The notes: generated by a model not told the origin, from the letters alone. DNA of 64,000 nucleotides from Patescibacteria group bacterium (GCA_023380475.1 JAMCRD010000005.1:16087-80086), one strand, 5' to 3'. Counted from the first letter of the stretch, positions 18,062-28,234 are shown. Translations and numbers: made by a program.

Positions 18062-19502
18062 AAAAATTTATATCACGACGGCCATTGACTACGTCAATGA
18101 CGTCATCCATATCGGTCACGCTTATCAGAAAGTGGTAGCTGACGTATTGAGCCGGCACTACCGCCGGAAGTTAGGGGAGGACAGGGTTTATTTCCTCACC
18201 GGCACTGATGAGCATGGTCAGAAAGTTGAAGAAGCTGCGCGTAAATCAGGTCAAAGCGTTAAAGCCTTCGTCGATGCGATTGCCTTAGCCGATCAGAAGG
18301 AACAGGATGCCTTAAACGTCTCTTACGACCGCTTTATGCGGACGACCGATCCAGACCATATAGCTCTGGTTAACGAGTTTTGGCAGCGTTCATTCGACCA
18401 GGGTGACCTCTATCTAGGCGATTTTGATGGTTTGTACTGCATGGGCTGTGAAGAGTTCAAAACCAAAAGTGAGCTGGTCGACGGGCGTTGCCCGTTGCAT
18501 CCGTTGCAAGAATTGGAAGTTATCCGGGAGAAGAATTATTTCTTCAGGTGGAGCAAGTACCGCGATTTTCTTAGAAAGTGGATCGTCGGTCATCCTGAAT
18601 CTGTCCTGCCGGAGACGCGCCGCAATGAGGTTTTAGCTTTCGTAGACAAGATTGAGGACATTACCGTCTCGCGTAAGAAGGAAAGTGTTGGATGGGGCAT
18701 CCCCGTGCCGGGCGATTCGAGCCAGGTTATATATGTCTGGTTTGATGCTCTGATTAACTACCTGACAGCTGGCTTGCAGAACGGTTTTTGGGACGATGAT
18801 ACCCGGATTATCCATATCCTGGGCAAGGATAACCTGCGCTGGCATGCTCTGCTTTGGCCAGCGATGCTGCAAAGTGCCGGCTATCGGCTGCCAGATACGG
18901 TTTACGCTCACGGTTTCCTGACCCTCAATGGCCGCAAGGTGAGCAAGTCATTGGGTAACATTATCAGGCCTAGCGAATTGGTGAAAGATTTTGGTTGCGA
19001 CCCCATCCGCTATTATCTCCTCAGATATACGGGCCTTAGTGAAGACAGTGACATTTCTGTTGCTAAGATAGCGGACGCTTACAATGCCGATCTAGCGAAT
19101 GGCCTAGGCAATTTCGCGGCGCGGACTCTCGCACTGGGTGAACAGCTTGGTAAAATACCTGCCGAGAAAGTTTCGGCGGAAGTGGAAAACAAAATAAACC
19201 AAACTAGGGAAACTTTGGATACCAAAGCTGAAAGTTTTAATCTTCACGATGCTGTCGGTGCGATCTGGGAGCTTATTGAATTCGGCGATGGTTATGTGAA
19301 CACCAAGAAACCGTGGGCGATTACCGGTCGGGAAGAGAAACTCAGAGTTGTTTTTGATCTGGTTGCTATCCTAGATAACGTCGCTTCGATGCTCATCCCA
19401 TTCTTGCCAGAGACATCTGCTAAGATAACCAAAAGTATCATCTGGGAGGGGAACTCCATCAGTATGAAGAAAACTGAAGTCCTCTTCCCACGCCGCTCCT
19501 AA
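18033..19502 (+). CDS. metG: Methionine--tRNA ligase (short form, no C-terminal tRNA-binding domain)
   Basis: YITTAIDY, HIGH, GTDEHGQK, zinc knuckle, YVWFDAL, GKDN, KVSKS. Confidence 0.95.
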   Translation: MNAVKQSKSKKIYITTAIDYVNDVIHIGHAYQKVVADVLSRHYRRKLGEDRVYFLTGTDEHGQKVEEAARKSGQSVKAFVDAIALADQKEQDALNVSYDRFMRTTDPDHIALVNEFWQRSFDQGDLYLGDFDGLYCMGCEEFKTKSELVDGRCPLHPLQELEVIREKNYFFRWSKYRDFLRKWIVGHPESVLPETRRNEVLAFVDKIEDITVSRKKESVGWGIPVPGDSSQVIYVWFDALINYLTAGLQNGFWDDDTRIIHILGKDNLRWHALLWPAMLQSAGYRLPDTVYAHGFLTLNGRKVSKSLGNIIRPSELVKDFGCDPIRYYLLRYTGLSEDSDISVAKIADAYNADLANGLGNFAARTLALGEQLGKIPAEKVSAEVENKINQTRETLDTKAESFNLHDAVGAIWELIEFGDGYVNTKKPWAITGREEKLRVVFDLVAILDNVASMLIPFLPETSAKITKSIIWEGNSISMKKTEVLFPRRS

Positions 19503-20339
19503 ATGCCAAAGTTGATTGACGTTCATACTCACACTCAGTTCGCAGCTTTCGCGGGCGACTACGCTGAAGTGATCCAGCGTGCTTTAGATAAAGGCATCTG
19601 GCTGGTTAACGCTGGTACCCAGCGTGATACTTCGGCCCGGGCCGTAGAAATTGCGGAGAGCTACCGAGAAGGGGTTTATGCCACAATAGCTTTGCATCCT
19701 ATACATACTGAGAAGTCTCACCACGACTTCAAGGAGCTGGGTGAGGGAGAAGAGGCCAAAGCTTTCATTTCTAGGGGAGAGGACTTCGATTATGGCTACT
19801 ACCTGGAGTTGGGGCGCAGTGAAAAAGTTGTAGGCGTGGGCGAGTGCGGGCTTGATTATTATCGCTTGGAGGCAGAATCCCAAAAAAGGCAGGAAACCGC
19901 TCTCGTGTCGCAGATAAAGCTGGCCAAGGATTTAGGTAAGCCATTGATTATTCACTGCCGCAACGCCTTCGCTGACCTCATCGCTATACTGAAGCGAGAA
20001 AGAGAGTTGTTGCTGGATCGTAATCCTGGAGTTATCCATTTCTTTACGGGCACGCCGCGCGAAGCCGAAGAGATCAAAGAGATGGGCTTCTACTTTTCAT
20101 TCGGCGGCGTAATAACTTTTGCTAGGGATTACGACCAAGCCATAAAGTCTATTGGTCTGGAACGCGTCTTGTTGGAAACCGACGCTCCCTATGTGGCCCC
20201 CGCACCTTACCGCGGCAAGCGCAACGAGCCGGCCTATGTTAGTTACGTAGCTGAAAAAATGGCTGAAATCTTCGGAATTAGTTCGGAAGAGGCTTCTGCG
20301 GTTACAACCGCTAATGCCCGAAAGGTATTGAGGATATAG
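19503..20339 (+). CDS. tatD: TatD family DNase
   Basis: DVHTH, VGECGLDYY, IIHCR, HFF, LETDAPY; follows metG. Confidence 0.92.
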   Translation: MPKLIDVHTHTQFAAFAGDYAEVIQRALDKGIWLVNAGTQRDTSARAVEIAESYREGVYATIALHPIHTEKSHHDFKELGEGEEAKAFISRGEDFDYGYYLELGRSEKVVGVGECGLDYYRLEAESQKRQETALVSQIKLAKDLGKPLIIHCRNAFADLIAILKRERELLLDRNPGVIHFFTGTPREAEEIKEMGFYFSFGGVITFARDYDQAIKSIGLERVLLETDAPYVAPAPYRGKRNEPAYVSYVAEKMAEIFGISSEEASAVTTANARKVLRI

Positions 20340-20364
20340 CCCTTGGGCGTGTAGGATTAAGGCA

Positions 20365-22803
20365 ATGTATCCGTTTTCCAAAATAGAAAAGAAGTGGCAG
20401 AAAAAGTGGTTTAGCTCCGGAGTATATGAGCCCGATCTGCAGTCGGCCAAGCATCCTTTCTATACTTTGATGATGTTTCCATACCCTTCCGCCGAAGGAC
20501 TGCATGTCGGTAATATGTATGCTTTCACCGGGACGGATATCTACGGGCGTTTCAAGAGGATGCAAGGCTACGATGTTTTCGAACCAATCGGTTTGGACGG
20601 CTTTGGAATACACTCGGAGAACTACGCAATTAAGATTGGCAGGCACCCTGTCGATCAGGCTAAGACTTCAGAGAAGAAGTTCTACAACCAGCTTCACATG
20701 ATCGGCAACGGTTTTGCGTGGCAAGAACATCTCGAGACTTACGATCCGGAGTATTACCGTTGGACGCAGTGGCTATTCGTCCAGATGTTCAAGAAAGGGC
20801 TGGCTTACCGCAAGAAGCAGGCGGTCAACTGGTGCCCTTCTTGTAAAACGGTTCTGGCTGATGAACAGGTTATTGCCGGCGAGTGTGAACGCTGCGGCAG
20901 TCTGGTGGTGAAACGTGAATTGGAACAATGGTTTTTCAGAATTACCGATTATGCCGGCAGGCTTAACGACAACCTATCCAAGATAGATTGGTCTGAGAAA
21001 GTGAAAATCGCCCAGCGGAACTGGATCGGCAAATCGGAGGGGGCGCTGATCAAGTTCCCAATCGTAGACTCAGAAGAATCAATAGAAGTTTTCACGACTA
21101 GACCGGACACGCTGTTCGGTGCGACCTATATGGTTATTGCTCCCGAACACCCGTTTGTTGAAAAAAATAAGTCCAAGCTGACCAATCTGCTGGAGGTAAA
21201 CAAATATCTGAAGGAAGCCAGGGATAAGTCGGAAGCCGAGCGCATCGAGGAAGGAGGTGAGAAATCAGGCGTCGAGCTCAAAGGCGTACAAGCGATCAAT
21301 CCCGCTAACCGCAAGAGCGTGCCGATATGGGTGGCAGACTATGTCCTATCCGGTTACGGCACGGGGGCTATTATGGCTGTTCCAGCACACGATGAACGTG
21401 ACTTGGAATTTGCCCGAAAGTTTAAACTGCCGATTGTGCCGGTTGTGACTACCAAGCTTAACGACGAATTCAACGCCACCGGCCTGTATGTCGGTTACGG
21501 CACGCTTGAAAACTCAGGCCAATTTAACGGCATGGACTCCGAGAAGGCTAAGTGGGAGATCACAAAATTCGTAGGCGGCAAAAAGAAAACCCAGTATCGT
21601 CTCCGTGACTGGCTGATCTCGCGCCAGCGTTATTGGGGACCGCCCATCCCTATGATCCACTGCGACAAGTGCGAGCAAGCTGGGAGGGGAGAGCGGAAGG
21701 ACATGCCCGGCTGGTACGCTGTTCCAGAAAAAGACTTGCCCGTGAAGCTGCCTTATGTAAAAGACTTCCGTCCGACTGGCACCGACAAGTCGCCGCTGGC
21801 CTCGGTAGAGGAATTCTACCGGGCGAGATGCCCAAAGTGCCATGCTTTGGCACACCGCGAGACTGACGTTTCTGACACCTTCCTCGACTCCGCTTGGTAT
21901 TACCTGCGTTATCCGTCGATTAAGGAAAAGAAGCATGCTTGGGACGCAAAGCTTACCAAGAAATGGCTGCCGGTAAACATATATATAGGTGGGGCAGAGC
22001 ATGCCGTGCTGCATCTTCTGTATGTCAGATTCTTAGCTATGGCCTTAAACGATATGAGGCTGGTGGATTTTGAAGAACCATTCCCGAAGTTCCGGGCTCA
22101 CGGTCTTATCATTAAGGATGGAGCCAAGATGTCAAAGTCCAAGGGCAATGTCATTAACCCCGACGACTATATAAAGAATTTCGGCGCTGATGCCCTGCGG
22201 ATGTATCTGATGTTTATAGGTCCGTTTGAAGACGGGGGAGATTTCCGTGACAGTGGCATCCAGGGTATCACCAGGTTCCTGGATCGTGTCTGGAAATTTG
22301 GCAGCAAAACAAAGTTCGCTGTTAAGAGTCAGGAGGGCATAGAGAAAGAACTTCACCGCACTATTAAAAAAGTCGGCGATGATATCGAAAATCTCGCTTA
22401 CAATACAGCCATAGCAGCTCTCATGGTTCAGCTAAACAAATTCGAAGCTGATCCAGGGGCGGTATCCAAAGAACAGTACGCGGCCTTCATAGAATTGCTG
22501 GCGCCGTTTGCGCCGCACCTAACTGAAGAGATATGGAGTAAGCTACACGGCCCGAAAGCGGGATCGGTTCACGTTGCAACTTGGCCTAAGTACGATCCCA
22601 AGTTACTGGTGGACAGTTCGGTGACGGTTATTGTCCAAGTCAATGGTAAGTTTAGATCTACTGTATCCGTAAGTCGGGGATCGGGCGAAAAAGAAGTCGT
22701 TAAGATTGCTTTGGCAGATCCAAAAATCAAGCAGATTATGGGCAGCCGATATGCCAAGAAGGTAGTTTTCGTAAAGGACCGCCTTGTAAATTTCGTGGTG
22801 TGA
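20365..22803 (+). CDS. leuS: Leucine--tRNA ligase
   Basis: MFPYPS, HVGN, FTTRPDT, GTGAIMAVPAHD editing domain, DWLISRQRYWG, KMSKS. Confidence 0.97.
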   Translation: MYPFSKIEKKWQKKWFSSGVYEPDLQSAKHPFYTLMMFPYPSAEGLHVGNMYAFTGTDIYGRFKRMQGYDVFEPIGLDGFGIHSENYAIKIGRHPVDQAKTSEKKFYNQLHMIGNGFAWQEHLETYDPEYYRWTQWLFVQMFKKGLAYRKKQAVNWCPSCKTVLADEQVIAGECERCGSLVVKRELEQWFFRITDYAGRLNDNLSKIDWSEKVKIAQRNWIGKSEGALIKFPIVDSEESIEVFTTRPDTLFGATYMVIAPEHPFVEKNKSKLTNLLEVNKYLKEARDKSEAERIEEGGEKSGVELKGVQAINPANRKSVPIWVADYVLSGYGTGAIMAVPAHDERDLEFARKFKLPIVPVVTTKLNDEFNATGLYVGYGTLENSGQFNGMDSEKAKWEITKFVGGKKKTQYRLRDWLISRQRYWGPPIPMIHCDKCEQAGRGERKDMPGWYAVPEKDLPVKLPYVKDFRPTGTDKSPLASVEEFYRARCPKCHALAHRETDVSDTFLDSAWYYLRYPSIKEKKHAWDAKLTKKWLPVNIYIGGAEHAVLHLLYVRFLAMALNDMRLVDFEEPFPKFRAHGLIIKDGAKMSKSKGNVINPDDYIKNFGADALRMYLMFIGPFEDGGDFRDSGIQGITRFLDRVWKFGSKTKFAVKSQEGIEKELHRTIKKVGDDIENLAYNTAIAALMVQLNKFEADPGAVSKEQYAAFIELLAPFAPHLTEEIWSKLHGPKAGSVHVATWPKYDPKLLVDSSVTVIVQVNGKFRSTVSVSRGSGEKEVVKIALADPKIKQIMGSRYAKKVVFVKDRLVNFVV

Positions 22804-22850
22804 CCAACTGATTAGCCACCGACTCGCCCAAGCCTGAGGCTACGAGGCTA

Positions 22851-22879
22851 TTGACAGGTAACCTATATTATGCTAGTTT
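22851..22879 (+). promoter_or_regulatory. Sigma-70 promoter upstream of a ~200-nt leader
   Basis: TTGACA-17 nt-TAGTTT with TG extension. Confidence 0.6.
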
Positions 22880-23086
22880 TAGGCAATACTTTCACGCTAC
22901 TCAGGTCGGATTGACCACTTTGGACGGCTCGAAGGCGGGCCGTCGAATAGGGAAAATAGGGCCGGTAGAGACTAGATCAAACCACCAAGGCTTATTTTTA
23001 TTTGTTCTGGAGAGACTGATTACAGTAGTTGCTAAAGGGGTAAAGCGGGCGTTTAAGCCTTCAGTTAAGCTAAGTAAGTACAAAAT

Positions 23087-24142
23087 ATGGGGCATATCAA
23101 GTCAATAAGTGGGATTATAGCGTCTGCCGCCGCCGTGGCTGTTCTAGGTTTAGTCGCGCCGATTGCGCATGCGCAGTACACAACTGTACCGCCTAATCTG
23201 AATTCAAACTATTCTGCTTACGCGACCGGTCCATCGGCTTATACCAATATGGCAGTCAACGTGACCGATGTGTCGGCGACCCTTTCGGGAACAGTCTACC
23301 CCAACGGTTTTGATACCGTGGCTTGGTTCCAATATGGTGAGAGTTCCATTCTTGGCCATAGTACGCCAGCTCAGGATGTGGGCTCAGTCTACTCCATGCC
23401 CGGTTTCACCGCTGTTGTTTCGAATCTTTATCCTACCACTACCTATTACTACCGCTTGGTGGCTGAGAACGCTTTCGGCACCAGCTACGGAACGATCCAG
23501 ACTTTCAATACTTTAAACTACTACTCTTCTTATTCGGCCCCTAATGGCACTGCCAACCCTGGGGCCGTTACTGGTTTGGACGCGCCGGCAACACCTTCGA
23601 TACCATCTAATGTAAACTCGACGCTTAATTCTGTACTGGGATCTATGAATAAGATCCTCCTAAGTATGAAAACCATGTATAACGACAGCCAGACTGCCCA
23701 GGGCAGTGAAGCGCCTTCGGTGGCGGTGGCGGTGACCAAGACCTCATCGTTTACTCTTAAGAGTACCGTGTCGCCTAATGGCTCTAATACCATCGCTTGG
23801 TTTGAGTACGGCTCAAGTACATCCTTGGGCTACAAGACTAATGCTCAAAACGTGGGTTCGGGTACCGCTGTGGTTCCTGTGTCGGCGACCTTGACCGGTC
23901 TTACGCCCAATACCACCTACTACTATCGTGTTGTCGGCAGCAATGCTTACGGTTCTAACAATGGTCCCGTCTTAACTTTCGTCACCGGCAACGGTACGAG
24001 CAATATCGCGGGGCAGGGGCTTAATGACTATACCGCCAGCATACTTTCGTCTTTGAACGGAAGCTGGACCATAATCGGGCTTATCATCTTGGTTCTGATT
24101 GGTGCGGGGGTAGTGATATTCCTTAGGTTCGTACTCAAATAA
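23087..24142 (+). CDS. Surface protein with two fibronectin-III-like domains and a C-terminal TM anchor
   Basis: Signal peptide (AHA); two repeats VxPNG..T.AWF.YG....LG...L.P.TTYYYR.V..N.[FY]G; C-terminal TM. Confidence 0.85.
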   Translation: MGHIKSISGIIASAAAVAVLGLVAPIAHAQYTTVPPNLNSNYSAYATGPSAYTNMAVNVTDVSATLSGTVYPNGFDTVAWFQYGESSILGHSTPAQDVGSVYSMPGFTAVVSNLYPTTTYYYRLVAENAFGTSYGTIQTFNTLNYYSSYSAPNGTANPGAVTGLDAPATPSIPSNVNSTLNSVLGSMNKILLSMKTMYNDSQTAQGSEAPSVAVAVTKTSSFTLKSTVSPNGSNTIAWFEYGSSTSLGYKTNAQNVGSGTAVVPVSATLTGLTPNTTYYYRVVGSNAYGSNNGPVLTFVTGNGTSNIAGQGLNDYTASILSSLNGSWTIIGLIILVLIGAGVVIFLRFVLK

Positions 24143-24339
24143 CTCTCGCCAGCGTTAGCGGTTCAGCCCACACTCCCACGCGGCCTTGCGGGCTGTTTTT
24201 GTTGGCTGGGGGATAGCAGCCCTAGTGCAATATACCTATGCCGTCGGCTGTATTTAGTGTTGAGGGTTCGAAACTTGATTGACTCTGAGTCTTAGCTAAA
24301 ATTTATTAGGAAAGGTCGATGAAATATAAAACAAAACTA

Positions 24340-25053
24340 ATGTCTAAAAACAAAATTTTCGCCGTGATGGGGATTGTTGTTATGACAGCGCTGGCGGTGG
24401 TACCGTCATCTTTTGCTCAGACAGCGTCGACGACTGTTGCAACTGCTAGTTCCCCCTCTGAGCAGATGGTTTTGCAAGTCGGGCCGGGAGGCAAGGTGCT
24501 CATGCGGGGCACTATCGCTTCGGCCTCGAGCGGTGCACTCACTGTAAACAGTTGGGGTGGAGTCTGGACAGTTAACGTCGGTTCAGCAGTGCAAGTCTTG
24601 CCGACGGCAGCTGGCAATGATCTTACCAAGTTCAAAGCGGGGGACTTCGTCGGCATCCTAGGAACAGTATCACAGAGCGCGCCTTGGACGATTGACGCTA
24701 CGCTGGTGCGCGACTGGACTTATCGTTCGGCGGTAACGCAACAGGAAAAACAGAACGCTAATGAAGCTAGCCAGATTAAAAAGGCTAGCGAGCCGCGAGA
24801 TTATGTTGGTACGGCGTCGTCGAGCGTGAGCGGCAACTCATTCACCTTCATGGTCGATGGAATGCCCTATACCGTGAACGTTGACCCTAACGCTGAAGTT
24901 GTTAACCGGAATTGGGTTGGCCTTACCCCGGCTGGCATTCAGAATGGAGACAACGTTCGTGTATGGGGGACTAGCGCCAGCGGCACGATTAGCGCGCAGA
25001 TTATCCGCGATGTCTCGATACCTACGACAGCTAAGGCACCGGCTTCGCACTGA
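24340..25053 (+). CDS. Secreted protein with two DUF5666-like OB-fold repeats (alternative start 24319)
   Basis: Signal peptide (SFA); repeats GTI...LTV...VNV......GD.V.[IV].G......I.A..[VI]RD. Confidence 0.75.
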   Translation: MSKNKIFAVMGIVVMTALAVVPSSFAQTASTTVATASSPSEQMVLQVGPGGKVLMRGTIASASSGALTVNSWGGVWTVNVGSAVQVLPTAAGNDLTKFKAGDFVGILGTVSQSAPWTIDATLVRDWTYRSAVTQQEKQNANEASQIKKASEPRDYVGTASSSVSGNSFTFMVDGMPYTVNVDPNAEVVNRNWVGLTPAGIQNGDNVRVWGTSASGTISAQIIRDVSIPTTAKAPASH

Positions 25054-25078
25054 TCGCAGTTACCTGTAGGGTGCTTAC

Positions 25079-25109
25079 AAGATCCGCCAGTAAGGCGGAT
25101 TTTGTTTTG
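25079..25109 (+). terminator. Intrinsic terminator
   Basis: AAGATCCGCC-agtaa-GGCGGATTTT followed by GTTTT. Confidence 0.65.
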
Positions 25110-25202
25110 CGGCGGTAAACGTTCCGACCTTGGGAGAAAGACATCCTTCTTGCCTATTAGTTGTATAATTATCCATAGAGGTCGAGAACCGCTGAGCAAA
25201 CA

Positions 25203-25745
25203 ATGAACAATAAATATCTCTATATAATTATTGCCGTCTTACTCTTGGTGATTGTAGGTGGTGCAGCGTACTTCATCGGCTGGCGACAAGTGAATACAGG
25301 TACCGTCGGTGGCGAACAAACGCCGACTGCCACCCCAGTGGATCACTCTCCTTCTGGACAGATAGACCAAGTGCTGTTTAATGAATATTTCTCGTCCGTC
25401 TCCTTGGTGAATTTACCAGAGGGAACTAAGCCTGGTCCTGGAATGTCCCTGAAACAGTCATCGGCATTCAACCTCTCCGCAGGGGATCAATTCTGTGTCT
25501 CAATGGACGTGGTGAAGACCATTACCACGAATATCATGAGTATAGCGGTATATGACAACGATACTGGATCCTATGCTATAAACAAGCAACGTGCCGGAGG
25601 CCCGCCTACGCTGTCAGTTGGAAATAACTTTGGCTGCGAGTCGCTCTACGTCAGCCAAGACAAACTGCTCGCTGCCGGCAACTACGAATATGAGCTTTAC
25701 TTAGACAATACTCTAGTTGCAGTGCTGCCTTTCACAGTGCAGTGA
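25203..25745 (+). CDS. Membrane-anchored hypothetical protein with an Ig-like C-terminal domain
   Basis: N-terminal TM; GNYEYELYLDNTLVAVLPFTV C-terminus. Confidence 0.7.
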   Translation: MNNKYLYIIIAVLLLVIVGGAAYFIGWRQVNTGTVGGEQTPTATPVDHSPSGQIDQVLFNEYFSSVSLVNLPEGTKPGPGMSLKQSSAFNLSAGDQFCVSMDVVKTITTNIMSIAVYDNDTGSYAINKQRAGGPPTLSVGNNFGCESLYVSQDKLLAAGNYEYELYLDNTLVAVLPFTVQ

Positions 25746-25803
25746 CAATCGGCCGTGCGAAGCGTGGTCGCTCGCGGTGGGAAATAATCTTCAACCAAAT
25801 CTG

Positions 25804-25890
25804 CGGAGGCGGAAGGATTCGAACCTTCGATGCCCTTTCGGACATAATGGTTTTCAAGACCATCCGTTTCAGCCACTCGCGCACGCCTCC
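25804..25890 (-). tRNA. tRNA-Ser(TGA)
   Basis: GGAGGCG/CGCCTCC acceptor, G73, ATGGT-CTTGAAA-ACCAT anticodon arm, long variable arm. Confidence 0.95.
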
Positions 25891-26117
25891 ACTGGATTAG
25901 CTCTGATAGATAGTAACTGTCTTGCTTAATAATTTAAAGCACGGCAAGTTCAATGTATTGAACACGGGGTCTACTAAAACGGTTCTACAGGGTTCAAATA
26001 GGTCCGAGGACGGTCGGCAAAAGTTCCAGGAAAATAGAATATAAGGGAGTGTGTCGCATTGATTATTTGTCGGCTGATATTTACAATGAGTTGAAAATAA
26101 TTTGAGATTATAAGTAA

Positions 26118-26190
26118 GGGCCGTTAGCTCATTCGGCAGAGCGCTACTATGGCATAGTAGAGGTGACCGGTTCGAATCCGGTACGGTCCA
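26118..26190 (+). tRNA. tRNA-Ala(GGC)
   Basis: GGGCCGT/ACGGTCC acceptor with G3:U70; CTACT-ATGGCAT-AGTAG arm with the A32-U38 pair typical of Ala(GGC). Confidence 0.95.
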
Positions 26191-26197
26191 CAAAAAG

Positions 26198-26878
26198 ATG
26201 GATCTTAAGGATAAAGTGGTGGTAGTAACTGGGGCTAGCAGGGGCTTGGGTAAGGCCATAGCAGCTACCCTTATCACCAAAGGTTCGAAAGTCGTTGTAA
26301 GCTCTCAGTCGGGGGATGAACTTGGACAGATGGCGGCGGAAATAAAAGCGGTTGCAGTTGCTGCTGACGTTACTAGCAAGGTTGCCATCCAAAACCTAGC
26401 AGACCAGGTTATTGAAAAGTTCGGCCGTATCGACATTTGGATAAACAATGCCGGTATCGATGCACCCAGTTCATCCATCGAGAACCTGGATATAGCGCGC
26501 CTGCATGCGATGCTAGAAGTTAATCTCTTCGGAGTCATTTATGGATCGCAGTCCGCATTGGTCCAGATGAAAACACAGCATTATGGCATGATCGTTAATA
26601 TAATCTCCAGAAGTTCACTCGCTGGCCGGCCTGAAACCGCTGGCTACTCTGCCAGCAAATGGGCTGAGAGAGGATTTACGGAATCGTTACGGCTGGCCGC
26701 TAAACCTTACAACATTGAAGTCATGGCGGTGTATCCTGCCGGCATAAAGACGGACTTATTCGGTAGAAACAAACCTGCGGACTACGACACATATATGGAG
26801 CCGCAATATGTCGCCGACAAAATCGTTGAGAATATTGAGAAAGGTACCTCCGAGGAGGAGCTCTTAATTGAGAAATAA
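26198..26878 (+). CDS. SDR family NAD(P)-dependent oxidoreductase
   Basis: TGASRGLG, NNAG, YSASK catalytic motif. Confidence 0.92.
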   Translation: MDLKDKVVVVTGASRGLGKAIAATLITKGSKVVVSSQSGDELGQMAAEIKAVAVAADVTSKVAIQNLADQVIEKFGRIDIWINNAGIDAPSSSIENLDIARLHAMLEVNLFGVIYGSQSALVQMKTQHYGMIVNIISRSSLAGRPETAGYSASKWAERGFTESLRLAAKPYNIEVMAVYPAGIKTDLFGRNKPADYDTYMEPQYVADKIVENIEKGTSEEELLIEK

Positions 26879-26908
26879 GCCTAAATCCGGTAATCTAAGT
26901 TTTTAGGT

Positions 26909-26979
26909 GGGCCTATAGTTCAGTGGTAGAACACCACATTTGCAATGTGGTAGCGCCAGTTCGATTCTGGCTAGGTCCA
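26909..26979 (+). tRNA. tRNA-Ala(TGC)
   Basis: GGGCCTA/TAGGTCC acceptor with G3:U70; CCACA-TTTGCAA-TGTGG anticodon arm. Confidence 0.93.
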
Positions 26980-26983
26980 CACT

Positions 26984-28123
26984 CTAGTTATGTATGGCTT
27001 TGGCGACGGTGGCCGCTATACCCTCTTCGAAAATGCTGGGTAGGATACGTTGCGGATCTGGCTTGGCTACGATTGCTGCCAGGGCTTCGGCCGCTGCTAT
27101 AAACATATTGTCATTGAACTGTATAACGCCATTATCTAAAGCGCCTCTGAATATCCCTGGGAAAGCTAGGACATTGTTAACCTGATTAGGAAGATCTGAA
27201 CGGCCAGTCGCAACTATAAACGCCCCAGCTTTAATGGCTAAATCCGGCATGATCTCCGGAACAGGATTGGCTAGGGCGAATACAGCCGATTTCCGGTTCA
27301 TGGTTTTAATCATAGCCTCGTTAAGGATATTACCTTTACTTAAGCCTATAAAAATATCGGCGCCCTTCAGGGCTTCAGCCAATGACCCCGTAACATTGCG
27401 CGGATTGGTTATTTCGGCCAATCTCGTTTTTTCCGGGTTAAGATCGGTTCGGGCCTTGTGTATCGGCCCCTTGCTGTCCAAAATGGTTATATCCTTGAAG
27501 CCGTATCGGGCGAGTAACTTAGTTACTGTTGCTCCTGCTGCCCCTGCGCCATTTACGACTAAGCGCACATTCTCTTTGGCTGAGCCGAGTACCTTAAGCG
27601 AGTTTATCATCCCAGCCAAGACTACGACGGCTGTGCCGTGCTGATCATCGTGCATGACGGGGATAGACAGCTCTTTTTGCAGTTTGCGCTCCACTTCAAA
27701 ACAATGCGGGGCGGCGATGTCTTCCAGATTTATTCCTCCGAACACTGGAGCGATATATTTTACGGCCCGTACTATTTCATCGACGTTTTGAGTAGCCAGA
27801 CAGATCGGGAAAGCATCAACGTTTGCAAACCGTTTAAATAAAACAGCCTTACCCTCCATAACCGGTATAGCCGCTTCCGGTCCAAGGTTGCCAAGGCCCA
27901 ATATGGCCGATCCATCGGACACTATGGCGATCGTATTTCTTTTGAGGGTGTATTCGTTGGCTAAATTAGGATTATTGCCTATTTCGGTGCTTACCGCTCC
28001 GACACCGGGAGTGTAAACAAGGGAGAGGTCTTCCTTGTTCTTTATCGGCATCTTGCTCTTTATCTCGAGCTTGCCGTGGTATTTGCGGTGTAGCTCCAAT
28101 GAATCTTCGTATACCTTGTCCAT
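26984..28123 (-). CDS. NAD(P)-dependent malic enzyme
   Basis: YTPGV, SDGSAILGLGNLG, PVMEGKAVLFK, GGINLEDI, HDDQHGTA, GAGAAG, ATGRSD. Confidence 0.95.
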   Translation of the reverse strand: MDKVYEDSLELHRKYHGKLEIKSKMPIKNKEDLSLVYTPGVGAVSTEIGNNPNLANEYTLKRNTIAIVSDGSAILGLGNLGPEAAIPVMEGKAVLFKRFANVDAFPICLATQNVDEIVRAVKYIAPVFGGINLEDIAAPHCFEVERKLQKELSIPVMHDDQHGTAVVVLAGMINSLKVLGSAKENVRLVVNGAGAAGATVTKLLARYGFKDITILDSKGPIHKARTDLNPEKTRLAEITNPRNVTGSLAEALKGADIFIGLSKGNILNEAMIKTMNRKSAVFALANPVPEIMPDLAIKAGAFIVATGRSDLPNQVNNVLAFPGIFRGALDNGVIQFNDNMFIAAAEALAAIVAKPDPQRILPSIFEEGIAATVAKAIHN

Positions 28124-28234
28124 AGTGTTTTACATATTACACCAACTGAAGGATGTATCTATGTCTAATATTTAGTATCGCGGTTATACTTGATCTAAGG
28201 ACTGTCGTAGGTTAAAACTCGTGGAGACGGTTCA

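Noticed and set aside
26144-26160. Unusual A32/U38 in the tRNA-Ala(GGC) anticodon loop
   Set aside because: This pair is a known conserved feature of tRNA-Ala(GGC), not a novelty
25717-26392. ORFs 25717-25929, 25897-26280 and 26147-26392
   Set aside because: They are translations through tRNA-Ser and tRNA-Ala sequences
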